DNA from: Tenacibaculum sp.
Lineage (GTDB): Bacteria > Bacteroidota > Bacteroidia > Flavobacteriales > Flavobacteriaceae
Direction: 5' to 3'
Assembly: GCF_050290165.1 (NCBI RefSeq)
Contig: NZ_JBNKHD010000003.1
Location: 85,752 to 149,751, forward strand
Length of the DNA stretch: 64,000 nucleotides
The notes beneath the pieces were generated by a model. That model was given only the letters and a program-made list of their open reading frames with translations. It did no database searches and was not told the DNA's origin. Shown piece after piece: positions 20,488 through 31,340 of the stretch. A program made the translations under genes and the position numbers. Position 1 is the first letter of the stretch; each line of letters opens with the position of its first letter.

Positions 20488-21978
20488 TTATGCTTTTGAG
20501 AATAGTGATTTGTAAAACACATATCCAAAACCAACAAAAAGCATTAAATGAAAAGGAAATAATCCGAAGTCTCCTCCTTGGTCACCTACTATAAAAGCAC
20601 TGTACATACCAAAAGCAAAATAAACAGCTAACAAGCCTTCGATAATTACATGTAATGATGGTTTTTTACGAATATATTTATTGGTTTTCCAACTATCTTT
20701 TAGTGATTTAATATTGAATTTTGGTGTTCTAACAAATTCACTTTTTTTACCTATATGTCCTTCTAATACAGCAATCGTATTATGTAGTGAGAAGCCCATC
20801 GCGATAGAAAAGAAAGCAAAAAAAGCTCCTATATATTTTATAAAGTTTATGAACCCTCCTCCGTAGGTTTTTTTGTACATAAACCAATAACAAATAAAGA
20901 AAATTATCGTGCTAACAATAAAAAAGCTCATCACTAAAAAGTAAATTCTTAAATGTGCATATTCATTTTTGATATACAACATAGGAATGCTTAATATAGC
21001 GACTAAAAAAATACAGGTAAACATAGAACTGTTTAACAAATGTAAAGTTCCATGAATTTTTGTTTTAAGCGAAATAGTATTGCTAGTAATAATTCTTTTT
21101 AGCATTTTTTGAAAGTTCTCAGCCCCTCCTTTGTTCCATCTAAATTGTTGAGAACGTGCAGCACTAATCACAACAGGTAATTCGGCAGGTGTAACTACAT
21201 TTTCTAAATATTTGAACTTCCATTTTTTTAATTGTGCTCGGTAGCTCAAGTCTAAATCTTCCGTTAAGGTGTCTCCTTCCCAGTTTCCTGCATCATAAAT
21301 ACATTCTTTACGCCATATACCAGCGGTACCATTAAAATTGATAAAATGACCTTGGCTATTACGTCCTACTTGCTCTAGTGTAAAATGAGCATCTAAGGCA
21401 AAAGCTTGAATTTTAGTTAAGGTTGAATAATTTCTGTTAATATGTCCCCATCTAGTTTGAACTACTCCAATTTCTGGATTTTTAAAATAAGGAACAGTCT
21501 CTAAAAGCCAGTTTGTTTCAGGTAAAAAATCGGCATCAAAAATAGCTATAAACTCGCCTTTAGCAGTTTTAAGTCCTTCTTTTAAAGCTCCGGCTTTAAA
21601 ACCTTGACGATTTTCGCGTCGAATATGTTGAATGTCTAAACCTGTTTTTTGAAGTTCTTCTATTTGTTTTGCAGTACTTTCAACCGATTCATCTGTAGAA
21701 TCATCTAATACTTGAATTTCTAATTTTTCGCGAGGATATTCTAGTTTAGCAATATTGTTTAGCAAACGTTCCATTACATACAATTCGTTAAAAACGGGTA
21801 ATTGAATAGTTACAAATGGAATTTCATCTGGGTTTGTAAAATCAAATTTAGGTGAGTTGTCATTTTTCTTTCTTGCTCTTAAATAATTAAGAAGTAAGTT
21901 TAATTGCGCTAAAGCGTATAATAAAATAAGAACTAATGATATAGTGTATAGCGTAATTATTGTGTATTCTAAAACCAT
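20488..21978 (-). CDS. Glycosyltransferase family 2, cellulose-synthase-like processive membrane GT
   Basis: D,D,D,QxxRW signature (LDDSTD, IFDADF, TEDLDL, QQFRW), KAGAL and multiple C-terminal TM helices. Confidence 0.9.
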   Translation of the reverse strand: MVLEYTIITLYTISLVLILLYALAQLNLLLNYLRARKKNDNSPKFDFTNPDEIPFVTIQLPVFNELYVMERLLNNIAKLEYPREKLEIQVLDDSTDESVESTAKQIEELQKTGLDIQHIRRENRQGFKAGALKEGLKTAKGEFIAIFDADFLPETNWLLETVPYFKNPEIGVVQTRWGHINRNYSTLTKIQAFALDAHFTLEQVGRNSQGHFINFNGTAGIWRKECIYDAGNWEGDTLTEDLDLSYRAQLKKWKFKYLENVVTPAELPVVISAARSQQFRWNKGGAENFQKMLKRIITSNTISLKTKIHGTLHLLNSSMFTCIFLVAILSIPMLYIKNEYAHLRIYFLVMSFFIVSTIIFFICYWFMYKKTYGGGFINFIKYIGAFFAFFSIAMGFSLHNTIAVLEGHIGKKSEFVRTPKFNIKSLKDSWKTNKYIRKKPSLHVIIEGLLAVYFAFGMYSAFIVGDQGGDFGLFPFHLMLFVGFGYVFYKSLFSKA

Positions 21979-22077
21979 TATTTAAAGTGATATTAAAAAA
22001 AATCTGACTTGTTTTTTTGACGCCGCTAAGATACTATCTTTTATGGTTTTTGAAACTTTTGATATGTTTTAAATGAA

Positions 22078-22111
22078 AAAATCCGACAAATAGGTTTATT
22101 TATCGGATTTT
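22078..22111 (-). terminator. Intrinsic terminator after S46 peptidase
   Basis: 15-bp stem with one G-U pair on the minus strand, 4-nt loop and U-tract. Confidence 0.7.
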
Positions 22112-22131
22112 ATGTTGGTTTTTTGAAAAAA

Positions 22132-24225
22132 TCACTTCTTTTTAGGGTGTACTAATTTCATTTCTTCAATTAAATGTTTTGCTCCAGCATATTTATCAAT
22201 AATAAATAATACGTAGCGAGCATCCACCATAATATTTCTACAAATTTCAGGGTCGTAATTCATATCACTCATGGTTCCTTCCCACACACGATCAAAGTTT
22301 AATCCAATTAAATTCCCATGCGCATCAATAGCAGGACTACCTGAGTTACCTCCTGTTGTATGATTAGTTCCTAAGAAACATACAGGAACTTTTCCGTTTT
22401 TATCTGCATACTGACCAAAATCTTTAGCGTCGTATAAATCACGTAATTTCTGCGGAACATCAAACTCGTAATCACCAGGTACATATTTTTCAATCACACC
22501 ATCTAAGTAACTCACAGGATTGTAATATACTGCGTCTCTTGGAGAGTATCCGTGAACTTGTCCGTAGGTAACACGTAATGTACTGTTAGCATCTGGAAAA
22601 TAGCGAGCATTTGGCAAGGCTTCCATCAAAGCCTTCATGTAGGTTTTTTGTAAAGCAGTAATCGGTTGGTTTTTTTGCTGAAACTCAGGATTGATTTTTT
22701 TGTAAAATTCTTCAATCATAGGTTTTGCATATAGGTAGGCAGCATCTTTGCTTAAATTTTTAACTACTTTTTTAGCATCTCCTTCCAATAATTTTAAAGC
22801 TTTATCTAAATTGGTAAAACTCGTTTTGTTGTAGATAGAAGTATTTACATTGTTAGGGTTGTATAAAGGCATTACATTGTTAAATACACCTTTGTCTACA
22901 TTTACATCAAAGTTTTTGTGAATTCCTTTGATCTGATTAATTAAAGCGGTTCTTGCTTCTTCAAACTTTTCTGGCTTATTTAAAGCAACTTGCTCTAATT
23001 GATAAGCTCTAAAAGTCATTTGCATCAACTCGTTAGTTACTAAAAAAACTTCAATAAAGTTTCTTCTTTTAATATTGATTTTAGCAAAATCAGCGTATAA
23101 TTTATCAAACTCTGGAAGAATATTTCCGTAACTAGCTTCTAACCCTTTTTCTTTTAACGCTTTTTTAAAAGTAGCTTCAAAAGCTAAACGTTCTGCAATA
23201 GCGTTACTCTTTTTGATTCCTAAGTTTTCTCCAATCCACTTTTTCCAAGCATTGGCAATGCGTGCTTGTTTTGATGCATATTTGATACGAACAGCATCGC
23301 TCGCTTTCATTTGTGCATCAATTTCTTTTAACGCAGCTTCTCTTATAGCAATGTTACTTGGGTTAAACTCTTGTGTAATGTGTTTGATAGCAGCAGCTGG
23401 TAAATACTCATTGGTACGACCTGGGAACCCAAAAACCATCGTAAAATCACCTTCTTCAATTCCGTCTAAAGAAACTGGTAAAAAGTGTTTTGGTTTATAA
23501 GGAACGTTGTCTTTGCTGTATTTAGCAGGACGGTTGTTTTTATCAGCGTAAATTCTAAACAACGAAAAATCCCCTGTATGACGAGGAAAAACCCAGTTAT
23601 CTGTATCGCTACCAAATTTTCCGATACTACTAGGAGGAGCACCAACCAAACGAACATCTTCAAATTTCTCAGTAACAAATAAAAAATACTGATTTCCTTG
23701 GAAAAAGGGTTTTACCTTAACATCTTGCCATGTTTCTTTTTGTGTTGTTTTTCTAATTTCATTGATGTTTTTATCAATAGCTGATTGCTTTTCACGCTCT
23801 GTCATTGTATTAGTAACCCCGTTTAAAGTTTGAGAAGTTACATCATCAATACGTACAATAAACTCAACATATAAATTGTCGTTTGGCAATTCTTCATTTT
23901 TGTTCATTGCCCAAAATCCATCTTTTAAATAATCATTTTCTAAAGAAGAATGTGATTGAATTTGTCCAAAGCCACAGTGGTGATTAGTTAATATTAATCC
24001 TTCAGGAGAAATTACTTCACTCGTACACCCTCCATTAAAATGCCCAATAGCATCTTTTAAACTTGAGTTGTTAACGTCGTAAATATCTTTTGCGGTTAAT
24101 TTGCTTCCTAAAGAAGTCATTTCTTGTTCGTTCATTCCTTGTAAAAGAGAAGGAATCCACATGCCACCTTGTTGTGCAGTAACTTGAACGGCAATAAATA
24201 AGAATAGAATTTTTATGTACTTCAT
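22132..24225 (-). CDS. S46 family dipeptidyl peptidase, DPP11-like (Asp/Glu-specific)
   Basis: Signal peptide + GGMW, TNHHC (His), HTGDFS (Asp) and TGGNSGSP (Ser). The FDRVWEG motif carries Arg at the S1 specificity position. Confidence 0.9.
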   Translation of the reverse strand: MKYIKILFLFIAVQVTAQQGGMWIPSLLQGMNEQEMTSLGSKLTAKDIYDVNNSSLKDAIGHFNGGCTSEVISPEGLILTNHHCGFGQIQSHSSLENDYLKDGFWAMNKNEELPNDNLYVEFIVRIDDVTSQTLNGVTNTMTEREKQSAIDKNINEIRKTTQKETWQDVKVKPFFQGNQYFLFVTEKFEDVRLVGAPPSSIGKFGSDTDNWVFPRHTGDFSLFRIYADKNNRPAKYSKDNVPYKPKHFLPVSLDGIEEGDFTMVFGFPGRTNEYLPAAAIKHITQEFNPSNIAIREAALKEIDAQMKASDAVRIKYASKQARIANAWKKWIGENLGIKKSNAIAERLAFEATFKKALKEKGLEASYGNILPEFDKLYADFAKINIKRRNFIEVFLVTNELMQMTFRAYQLEQVALNKPEKFEEARTALINQIKGIHKNFDVNVDKGVFNNVMPLYNPNNVNTSIYNKTSFTNLDKALKLLEGDAKKVVKNLSKDAAYLYAKPMIEEFYKKINPEFQQKNQPITALQKTYMKALMEALPNARYFPDANSTLRVTYGQVHGYSPRDAVYYNPVSYLDGVIEKYVPGDYEFDVPQKLRDLYDAKDFGQYADKNGKVPVCFLGTNHTTGGNSGSPAIDAHGNLIGLNFDRVWEGTMSDMNYDPEICRNIMVDARYVLFIIDKYAGAKHLIEEMKLVHPKKK

Positions 24226-24317
24226 CTGTTAATTTTTAAAACGCTAAAGATACAAATTGACCGTTAACTACTTTGGTTAAACGAAGAAGTATTAAAGTTA
24301 AAAAGAGTTAAAAATGA

Positions 24318-24348
24318 AAAAACCGCTAAGGTTGTCTTAGCGGTTTTT
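24318..24348 (-). terminator. Intrinsic terminator after hemD
   Basis: AAAAACCGCTAAG-GTTGT-CTTAGCGGTTTTT. Confidence 0.8.
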
Positions 24349-24365
24349 ATTTTATTGGTGAAGAA

Positions 24366-25115
24366 TTATTTCTTACCGTTTACTTCTTTAATATACTTTT
24401 CTAAAGCCATAGTCATTGATGGAGTTTCTGGTGTTGGTGCAGCAATATCTACACGCAACCCTCTATCTTCAACAGCTTGGATAGTTGTATTACCAAATAC
24501 AGCTATTCTGGTATTGTTTTGTTTAAAATCAGGGAAGTTTTCAAATAAACTATCAATTCCTGAAGGGCTAAAGAATACTAAAATGTCATAAAAAACATTT
24601 TCTAAATCTGATAAATCGCTTACTACAGTTCGATATAAATCGGCACGTTTCCAGTCAACTCCTAATTGATTTAATTCTTCGGGGATTGACGGTTTTAACT
24701 TGTCTGATGATGGTAGCAAGAATTTTTCGTCTTTATGTTTTTTGATTAACTTAGTTAATTCAGGAAATGTTCTGTTTCCAACATAAATTTTACGTTTACG
24801 GTAAACCACATACTTTTGCAAGTAGTAAGCTACTGCTTCTGATTGACAAAAATATTTCATGTCGTCAGGTACAGTAAAACGCATTTCTTCTGCAATTCTG
24901 AAGAAATGATCAACAGCATTTCTACTAGTTAAAATAATTGCAGTGTAATTTTTTAAATCCACTTTTTGAGCTCTAACTTCCTTTACAGGGATTCCTTCAA
25001 CATGGATGAATGAGCGAAAATCAACCTTCACTTTTTGCTTTTCAGCTAAATCAAAATAAGGTGAAGTTTCTGTCTTTGGTTCAGGTTGAGAGACTAAAAT
25101 AGTTTTCACTTTCAT
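24366..25115 (-). CDS. hemD: Uroporphyrinogen-III synthase
   Basis: MKVKTILVSQP, IILTSRNAVDH, YRTVVSDL, VFFSPSGI: the Bacteroidota HemD pattern. Confidence 0.9.
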   Translation of the reverse strand: MKVKTILVSQPEPKTETSPYFDLAEKQKVKVDFRSFIHVEGIPVKEVRAQKVDLKNYTAIILTSRNAVDHFFRIAEEMRFTVPDDMKYFCQSEAVAYYLQKYVVYRKRKIYVGNRTFPELTKLIKKHKDEKFLLPSSDKLKPSIPEELNQLGVDWKRADLYRTVVSDLSDLENVFYDILVFFSPSGIDSLFENFPDFKQNNTRIAVFGNTTIQAVEDRGLRVDIAAPTPETPSMTMALEKYIKEVNGKK

Positions 25116-25127
25116 AAACTTTCTCTA

Positions 25128-25766
25128 TTACGTAGTTGTTGTTTTATAAAGAATTAATAGCGGTGCTATTTCAAGTGTGCAAAAGTACAAAATAAAATAA
25201 AACATTTTACCAATAACAATTCTTTTATTATTGTTTAAAATTAAAAAGGCTCTGAAAACAAATAAGATACTAAAAGAGCTTATTAAAAAAATCGGACTTT
25301 TAAAAGTGAATTGATATAAGACAACAAAAGGGAGTAGCCATAAACATGATACATATAAATACCCAAGTTTTGTGAGCAAAAAGTATTTGAGAATTTGAGT
25401 AAGTCCTAAAACATTAACTAAGAAATAATCTAATGCTTTTCTAAAAAGGATATAACACAAAAGGCATAAGAATAAAATTGAAAAAGTGTAAAAGTCATGT
25501 TTAAATGATTTCGGTAACAAAACTAAAAACGCAAATAGCGATATAACTATGGCAGTATATGTAAACAAAATCAAATTAAAAGGACTTGTAAAAGAAGGAT
25601 TATCTTCCACACGTTTCTGAAAAAAACCTGGCGTATAAAAAGCGGTAGCATAGCCCAATAATTTGTCTGAGTTTAGTAATTTCATTAATGACAGCAATAT
25701 GATAGCTATTAAAATAACTATAGTAATCCAACTTTCATTATTAATAATCCGTTCTACTGCTTGCAA
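25128..25766 (-). CDS. DUF4271 family membrane protein
   Basis: Multi-TM protein ending in the family-typical FYFILYFCTLEIAP motif; upstream of hemD. TTG start. Confidence 0.8.
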   Translation of the reverse strand: MQAVERIINNESWITIVILIAIILLSLMKLLNSDKLLGYATAFYTPGFFQKRVEDNPSFTSPFNLILFTYTAIVISLFAFLVLLPKSFKHDFYTFSILFLCLLCYILFRKALDYFLVNVLGLTQILKYFLLTKLGYLYVSCLWLLPFVVLYQFTFKSPIFLISSFSILFVFRAFLILNNNKRIVIGKMFYFILYFCTLEIAPLLILYKTTTT

Positions 25767-25791
25767 TTGTTTTTTATGCTTTTTATTAACA

Positions 25792-25821
25792 CAAAATTAG
25801 TAATAAATTAGTGTATCTTTG
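25792..25821. promoter_or_regulatory. Divergent -7 elements (minus TAATTTTG 25792-25799; plus TATCTTTG 25814-25821)
   Basis: Two consensus TAnnTTTG elements back to back between divergent operons. Confidence 0.6.
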
Positions 25822-25843
25822 CCCTAATTCATACGAAAATTAC

Positions 25844-26566
25844 ATGAAGTCAGACGCTTTAGTTATAATCCCTACATATAACGAAAAAGAAAACATCGAA
25901 GCTATTGTTCGAGCAACGTTTGATCAAGAAAAGGTGTTTCATGTATTGGTGGTAGACGATAATTCACCTGATGGAACTGCTGAAATTGTAGAAAACTTAC
26001 AAAACGAATTCCCTGAACGTTTGTTTATTGAAAAGCGAAAAGGAAAAAACGGATTAGGTACGGCCTATATTCATGGATTCAAATGGGCTATAGCAAAAAA
26101 ATACGATTATATTATTGAAATGGATGCAGATTTTTCGCATAATCCTAACGACTTAATTCGATTGTATAATGAGTGTGAGAAAGAAGGAGCAGATGTAGCA
26201 ATAGGTTCAAGATATTCGGTAGGTGTAAATGTAGTAAACTGGCCAATGAGTAGAGTGTTGTTGTCATATTTTGCTTCAAAATATGTGAGATTAATAACAC
26301 GAATGCCAATTCATGATACGACAGCAGGTTTTGTGTGTTATAAAAGAAAAGTATTAGAAACAATCAAACTTGACAAAGTTAAATTTGTAGGATATGCATT
26401 TCAGATTGAGATGAAATATAAAGCATGGAAACACAAATTTAACATCAAAGAAGTTTCGGTAATTTTTACTGATCGAGTTTTAGGAAAATCGAAGCTTAGT
26501 AAAGGAATTATTAAAGAAGCAATCTTTGGTGTAATAAAAATGAGAATTAACGGATTACCAAAATAA
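25844..26566 (+). CDS. Polyprenol monophosphomannose synthase (Dpm1-like GT2)
   Basis: IIPTYNE, VDDNSPDGT, GLGTAY, EMDADFSH, GYAFQIEMK. ATG at 25844 is preferred because the ORF-track GTG at 25811 overlaps the -7 element. Confidence 0.9.
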   Translation: MKSDALVIIPTYNEKENIEAIVRATFDQEKVFHVLVVDDNSPDGTAEIVENLQNEFPERLFIEKRKGKNGLGTAYIHGFKWAIAKKYDYIIEMDADFSHNPNDLIRLYNECEKEGADVAIGSRYSVGVNVVNWPMSRVLLSYFASKYVRLITRMPIHDTTAGFVCYKRKVLETIKLDKVKFVGYAFQIEMKYKAWKHKFNIKEVSVIFTDRVLGKSKLSKGIIKEAIFGVIKMRINGLPK

Positions 26567-26570
26567 GACA

Positions 26571-27032
26571 ATGTTCCAAATAACCACTAGAATAGCAAAG
26601 AAAGAAGATTTAGAAACCTTGTTAGAGTTTGAACAAGGTATTATTGAAGCTGAAAGACCTTTTGATCCATTGTTGAGAGAAGGAAAAATTAGCTACTACA
26701 ATTTAGAGGAGATGATTTTTGCTGAACATGTACATTTAATTGTAGCTGTTGCGGAAGATGAAATTGTGGGGTCAGGTTATCTTAGAATAGAAAAATCGGG
26801 TAGTTATCATAAAAATGAGTTAAACGGTTATATTGGGTTCATGTATGTAAAGCCAAATTTTAGAAGGAAAAGAATAAGTTCTGTAATTTTGGAGTCTTTA
26901 AAAGAATGGGCCAAGAAACAAGGATTGAAAGAACTAAGGTTAGATGTTTATAATGAGAATTTAGGAGCAATTAAGTCTTATGAACGTTTTGGTTTTAACA
27001 AGAGTTTGATTAACATGAAAATGGAAATTTAG
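26571..27032 (+). CDS. GNAT family N-acetyltransferase
   Basis: MYVKPNFRRKRIS (motif A) and NLGAIKSYERFGF. Confidence 0.85.
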   Translation: MFQITTRIAKKEDLETLLEFEQGIIEAERPFDPLLREGKISYYNLEEMIFAEHVHLIVAVAEDEIVGSGYLRIEKSGSYHKNELNGYIGFMYVKPNFRRKRISSVILESLKEWAKKQGLKELRLDVYNENLGAIKSYERFGFNKSLINMKMEI

Positions 27033-27038
27033 CAGACA

Positions 27039-28379
27039 ATGAAACAATCAATTTTAATTAAGAATGCACAAATCGTTAATGAAAACAAGGTTTTTAAAGG
27101 CGATGTTTTATTAGAAGGAGAATTCATTAAGGAGATAGGAGAAAGCATCACTTCTACAGATGATATGCAGGTAATAGATGCTACAGGAAAATACCTAATT
27201 CCTGGTATGATTGATGACCAGGTGCATTTTCGTGAGCCTGGATTAACACATAAAGCTAACATTGCTACAGAAAGTAGGGCGGCTATTGCAGGAGGAATTA
27301 CGTCATTCATTGAAATGCCAAATACAGTTCCACAAGCAACGACTCAAGAATTATTAGAAGACAAGTTTGATATTGCAAGCAAAACATCGTACGCTAACTA
27401 CTCGTTCATGTTTGGTGGTACTAATGATAATTTAGAGGAGTTGTTAAAGACAAATCCTAAAGATGTTGCAGGAATCAAGTTGTTTTTAGGATCTTCAACA
27501 GGAAATATGTTGGTAGATAATGAAGAAGTACTGGAAAAAATATTCTCATCAACTAAGATGCTAATCTCAGTACATTGTGAAGATGAGGCAACTATTAGAA
27601 AAAATACGGAGGAATACAAAGCGAAATATGGTGATGATATTCCTATGAAGTATCACCCATTAATCCGTAGTGAAGAAGCATGCTATTTATCGTCGTCAAA
27701 GGCAATTGAATTAGCAAAGAAAACAGGAGCGCGTTTACATATTTTCCATTTGTCTACAGAAAAGGAAACGCATTTATTCAGAAACGATATTCCACTAGAA
27801 GAAAAACAAATCACAGCAGAGGTTTGTGTACATCACTTGTGGTTTACCGATGCTGATTATGATACAAAAGGAACACATATAAAATGGAATCCTGCGGTAA
27901 AAACACAAAAAGATAAAGACGGTTTATGGAAGGCTTTATTAGATGATAGAATTGATATCATTGCAACCGACCATGCACCTCATACTTTAGAAGAAAAAGA
28001 TAACGTATATACCAAAGCGCCTAGTGGAGGACCCTTAGTACAACATGCGGTTATAGCTGTTTTAGAAAAGGTAAAGGAAGGAGTATTATCAATTGAAAAA
28101 GCGGTGGAAAAAATGAGTCATAACCCTGCTAAAATCTTCAAAATTGAAAAAAGAGGTTTTATCAAAGAAGGGTTTTATGCAGATGTTGTTTTAGTTGATG
28201 CCGATAAGAAATGGACAGTTACCAAAGACAATGTTTTGTATAAGTGTGGATGGTCTCCGTTTGAAGGGGTTGAGTTTTCAAATCAAATAACACATACTTT
28301 CGTTAATGGAAACCTAATGTATAACCAAGGGGAGTTTAACGAAGAAATTAAAGGAAAACGACTATTATTTAATAGATAA
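27039..28379 (+). CDS. pyrC: Dihydroorotase
   Basis: PGMIDDQVHFREPG, EMPNT, KWNP and ATDHAPH. Confidence 0.9.
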   Translation: MKQSILIKNAQIVNENKVFKGDVLLEGEFIKEIGESITSTDDMQVIDATGKYLIPGMIDDQVHFREPGLTHKANIATESRAAIAGGITSFIEMPNTVPQATTQELLEDKFDIASKTSYANYSFMFGGTNDNLEELLKTNPKDVAGIKLFLGSSTGNMLVDNEEVLEKIFSSTKMLISVHCEDEATIRKNTEEYKAKYGDDIPMKYHPLIRSEEACYLSSSKAIELAKKTGARLHIFHLSTEKETHLFRNDIPLEEKQITAEVCVHHLWFTDADYDTKGTHIKWNPAVKTQKDKDGLWKALLDDRIDIIATDHAPHTLEEKDNVYTKAPSGGPLVQHAVIAVLEKVKEGVLSIEKAVEKMSHNPAKIFKIEKRGFIKEGFYADVVLVDADKKWTVTKDNVLYKCGWSPFEGVEFSNQITHTFVNGNLMYNQGEFNEEIKGKRLLFNR

Positions 28380-28876
28380 TGAGAACAGTTTTATATATAC
28401 TTATCGGTTTAGTTTTGGTTTCGTGTACCAGTAACACGATTTATAAAAAACCTAAAAACTTGATTCCAAAAGATTCGATGGTGGCTTTGCTAACCGATAT
28501 GTATATTGCTTCTTCAGCCAAGAACCAAAAGAATAAATTCTTAAAAAGAGAGAACAATTATGTTGTGTTGGTCTACGAAAAATATAAAATAGATAGCACT
28601 CGTTTTGACATAAGCAATACGTATTATACTTCAAAAATTGATGAGTATACAGAGATGCTAAAAAAGGTTAAATCAAACATTGATTCTTTAGAAGTAATGT
28701 ATAGAGAAGAACAATTGGTTCAAGATTCTTTAAAAGGATTAACAGGAAAAGACAAGGTTAAAAAAGATACGTTGTTAAAAAGAAGAATGGAGTTAACAGA
28801 TCTCCCTGAGGAATTGGTTCAAAAGAAAGAAAAAGCGCTTAACAAAAAAGAATTAGAAATAGAGAAGGAAAGGTAG
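28379..28876 (+). CDS. DUF4296 family lipoprotein
   Basis: Lipobox LVSC, KPKNLIPKDSM and YEKYKIDSTRF...YY; start overlaps the pyrC stop (TAATG). Confidence 0.8.
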   Translation: MRTVLYILIGLVLVSCTSNTIYKKPKNLIPKDSMVALLTDMYIASSAKNQKNKFLKRENNYVVLVYEKYKIDSTRFDISNTYYTSKIDEYTEMLKKVKSNIDSLEVMYREEQLVQDSLKGLTGKDKVKKDTLLKRRMELTDLPEELVQKKEKALNKKELEIEKER

Positions 28877-28877
28877 T

Positions 28878-29879
28878 TTATGGTTGGAAATCACTGCAAA
28901 CTTTAGAAATAACTTTATCAATGGGTTCAAATTCAAAGTGGACTTGTTTTTTAATTTTTTCTGAAGAATAATAAGATGTATTATGTGACGATTTTGCGGA
29001 ACTTTTCATTAATAAAGGCTCTTTACCAGTTAGTTTTGTAAGTAACCAATCTATTCTCCAAAAAACACCAGTGATTAACCTCCCTGTTTTAATTGAAGGT
29101 CTTTTTTTATGCAAACCATCGGCAATAGAAAATAAAACATCTTTATACGATTTGTTTTCTGATACCAGGATAAAACGCTCGTTTTTCACAGTTGATTCAG
29201 TGAGTTGTATCATAACTTTTGCTACATCTGTTACTCCAACAAAGCCTGTTATTCCTTCAGTGTAAAAGGAAAAACCAGTATTGATTTTTGAGAATAATTT
29301 TCCAGAACCTTCATTCCAAAATCCACTACCTAAAATAACACCAGGGTTTACAATTACTACATTAAGCCCTTCTTGACTACCTCTCCAAACTTCCATTTCA
29401 GCCCCATATTTGGTTATAGAGTACTCATGATTGTCGGTTGAGTCTGTCCATTCGTTTTCTTCATTAATGGTTTTTCCGTTTATGGAATCACCAACGGCAG
29501 CAATAGAGCTTACAAAGCAAAGTTTTTTTACCCCTTGATCAATAGAAAAGTTTACAATATTGGCTGTTCCTTCAATATTCACCCTACGCATTCTTCTATA
29601 ATCTCTTGGATTAAAAGAAACTAAGGCGGCACAATGATATACTTTAGTTACATTATCAAATACGGGCTCTAAAGATGGTACATCGGTAATATCTGCTTGT
29701 ATCCATTCGATTTTAGAAAAGTACTGTTGAACATCATCTGTGTAAAAAGAAAAGATATTTTTTACATGTTCACGTTTTTTATTTGTTCTAAAAATAGCTC
29801 TAACGGTATCATACTTTTGTGTAAGATGATACAGTAAATGTGAGCCTACTAAACCAGTTCCGCCAGTAACTAAAATCAT
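28878..29879 (-). CDS. NAD-dependent epimerase/dehydratase (extended SDR)
   Basis: VTGGTGLVG, HCAA and YSITK (YxxxK). Confidence 0.9.
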   Translation of the reverse strand: MILVTGGTGLVGSHLLYHLTQKYDTVRAIFRTNKKREHVKNIFSFYTDDVQQYFSKIEWIQADITDVPSLEPVFDNVTKVYHCAALVSFNPRDYRRMRRVNIEGTANIVNFSIDQGVKKLCFVSSIAAVGDSINGKTINEENEWTDSTDNHEYSITKYGAEMEVWRGSQEGLNVVIVNPGVILGSGFWNEGSGKLFSKINTGFSFYTEGITGFVGVTDVAKVMIQLTESTVKNERFILVSENKSYKDVLFSIADGLHKKRPSIKTGRLITGVFWRIDWLLTKLTGKEPLLMKSSAKSSHNTSYYSSEKIKKQVHFEFEPIDKVISKVCSDFQP

Positions 29880-29912
29880 ACAGCGAATTTAGTTTTTTTT
29901 AGTTGATAAAGT

Positions 29913-29920
29913 TATCTTTG
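29913..29920 (+). promoter_or_regulatory. -7 promoter element (TATCTTTG) for tyrS
   Basis: Consensus, 20 nt upstream of ATG. Confidence 0.65.
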
Positions 29921-29940
29921 TGCCTTTAAAATAGAATATA

Positions 29941-31245
29941 ATGACCAAGAATTTAGTAGAAGAATTACGTTGGCGTGGAATGATTCACGATATCATGCCT
30001 GGAACTGAAGAGCAATTACAAAATGAAATGACAACTGCCTATATCGGTTTCGATCCAACATCTGATTCGTTACATATTGGTAGTTTGGTGCCAATTATTT
30101 TATTGGTACATATAGAAAAAGCAGGGCATCAACCTATTGCTTTAGTGGGAGGAGCTACAGGAATGATAGGTGATCCTTCAGGAAAATCTGATGAACGTAA
30201 TCTGTTGAATGAAGAAACATTGGCAAAAAACGTTGCTGGAATAAAAAGAACTCTTGGACGTTTTTTGAATTTTGATAATGGAAAAGAAAACTCTCCAATA
30301 TTGGTAAATAACTACGATTGGATGAAAGACTTTTCTTTCATTGAATTTGCACGTGATGTTGGTAAACGTATCACGGTAAATTATATGATGGCAAAAGATT
30401 CTGTAAAAAAACGTATCACAGGAGAAGCTGGTGGAGGAATGAGTTTTACCGAGTTCACATACCAATTAATACAAGGGTACGACTTCTATCATTTATACAA
30501 AGCATATAATTGTAAATTGCAAATGGGAGGTTCTGACCAATGGGGAAATATCACTACGGGTACAGAACTAGTCCGTAGAATGACTCCGGGTGAAGAAGCT
30601 AAGGCATTTGCGGCTACTTGTCCGTTAATTACGAAAGCTGATGGTTCAAAATTTGGAAAATCAGAAGGAGGAAATGTGTGGTTAGATGCCGATAAGACTT
30701 CAGTTTACAAGTTTTACCAATTTTGGTTAAATACGTCGGATGAAGATGCTGAAAAGTACATTAAAATATTTACGTTCTTAGACAAAGAAACTATTGAAAC
30801 TTTAATTGCTGAACACAGAGAAGCACCACATCAAAGAATTTTACAGAAAAAATTAGCTGAAGAAGTTACAACTTTTGTACATTCAAAAGAAGAGTTAGAT
30901 AAGGCAATAGCTGCATCAAATATTTTATTTGGTAAATCAACAGCAGATGATTTAAAGAGCTTAGATGAGCAAACTTTCTTAGATGTGTTTGACGGTGTTC
31001 CTCAAGCAGAAGTATCTTCTGAAGATATTAAAGAAGGTTTGGATATGATTGCTGCTTTAGCTGCAAAAACAAGCTTCCTAAAGTCGAACGGAGATGCCCG
31101 TAGAGCTTTAAAAGAAAGCTCTATATCTGTAAATAAAGAAAAGGTAGGCGAAGATTTTGTAATTACATCAAAAGATTTAATTGCAGGTAAGTACGTACTG
31201 TTACAAAGAGGTAAGAAGAACTATTTTCTATTAAAAGTACAATAG
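29941..31245 (+). CDS. tyrS: Tyrosine--tRNA ligase
   Basis: [12 protein letters not shown] (HIGH-like), [15 protein letters not shown] and C-terminal S4-like domain. Confidence 0.97.
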   Translation: MTKNLVEELRWRGMIHDIMPGTEEQLQNEMTTAYIGFDPTSDSLHIGSLVPIILLVHIEKAGHQPIALVGGATGMIGDPSGKSDERNLLNEETLAKNVAGIKRTLGRFLNFDNGKENSPILVNNYDWMKDFSFIEFARDVGKRITVNYMMAKDSVKKRITGEAGGGMSFTEFTYQLIQGYDFYHLYKAYNCKLQMGGSDQWGNITTGTELVRRMTPGEEAKAFAATCPLITKADGSKFGKSEGGNVWLDADKTSVYKFYQFWLNTSDEDAEKYIKIFTFLDKETIETLIAEHREAPHQRILQKKLAEEVTTFVHSKEELDKAIAASNILFGKSTADDLKSLDEQTFLDVFDGVPQAEVSSEDIKEGLDMIAALAAKTSFLKSNGDARRALKESSISVNKEKVGEDFVITSKDLIAGKYVLLQRGKKNYFLLKVQ

Positions 31246-31268
31246 TTCTGTACTACATATATAAAAAC

Positions 31269-31300
31269 AAAACCTTAAAAGAAGATACTTTTAAGGTTTT
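31269..31300. terminator. Bidirectional intrinsic terminator
   Basis: AAAACCTTAAAAG-AAGATA-CTTTTAAGGTTTT between tyrS and the convergent small ORF. Confidence 0.8.
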
Positions 31301-31340
31301 TTTGTGTTTACATTTAATAATAAACGTGGGGAAAATATTT

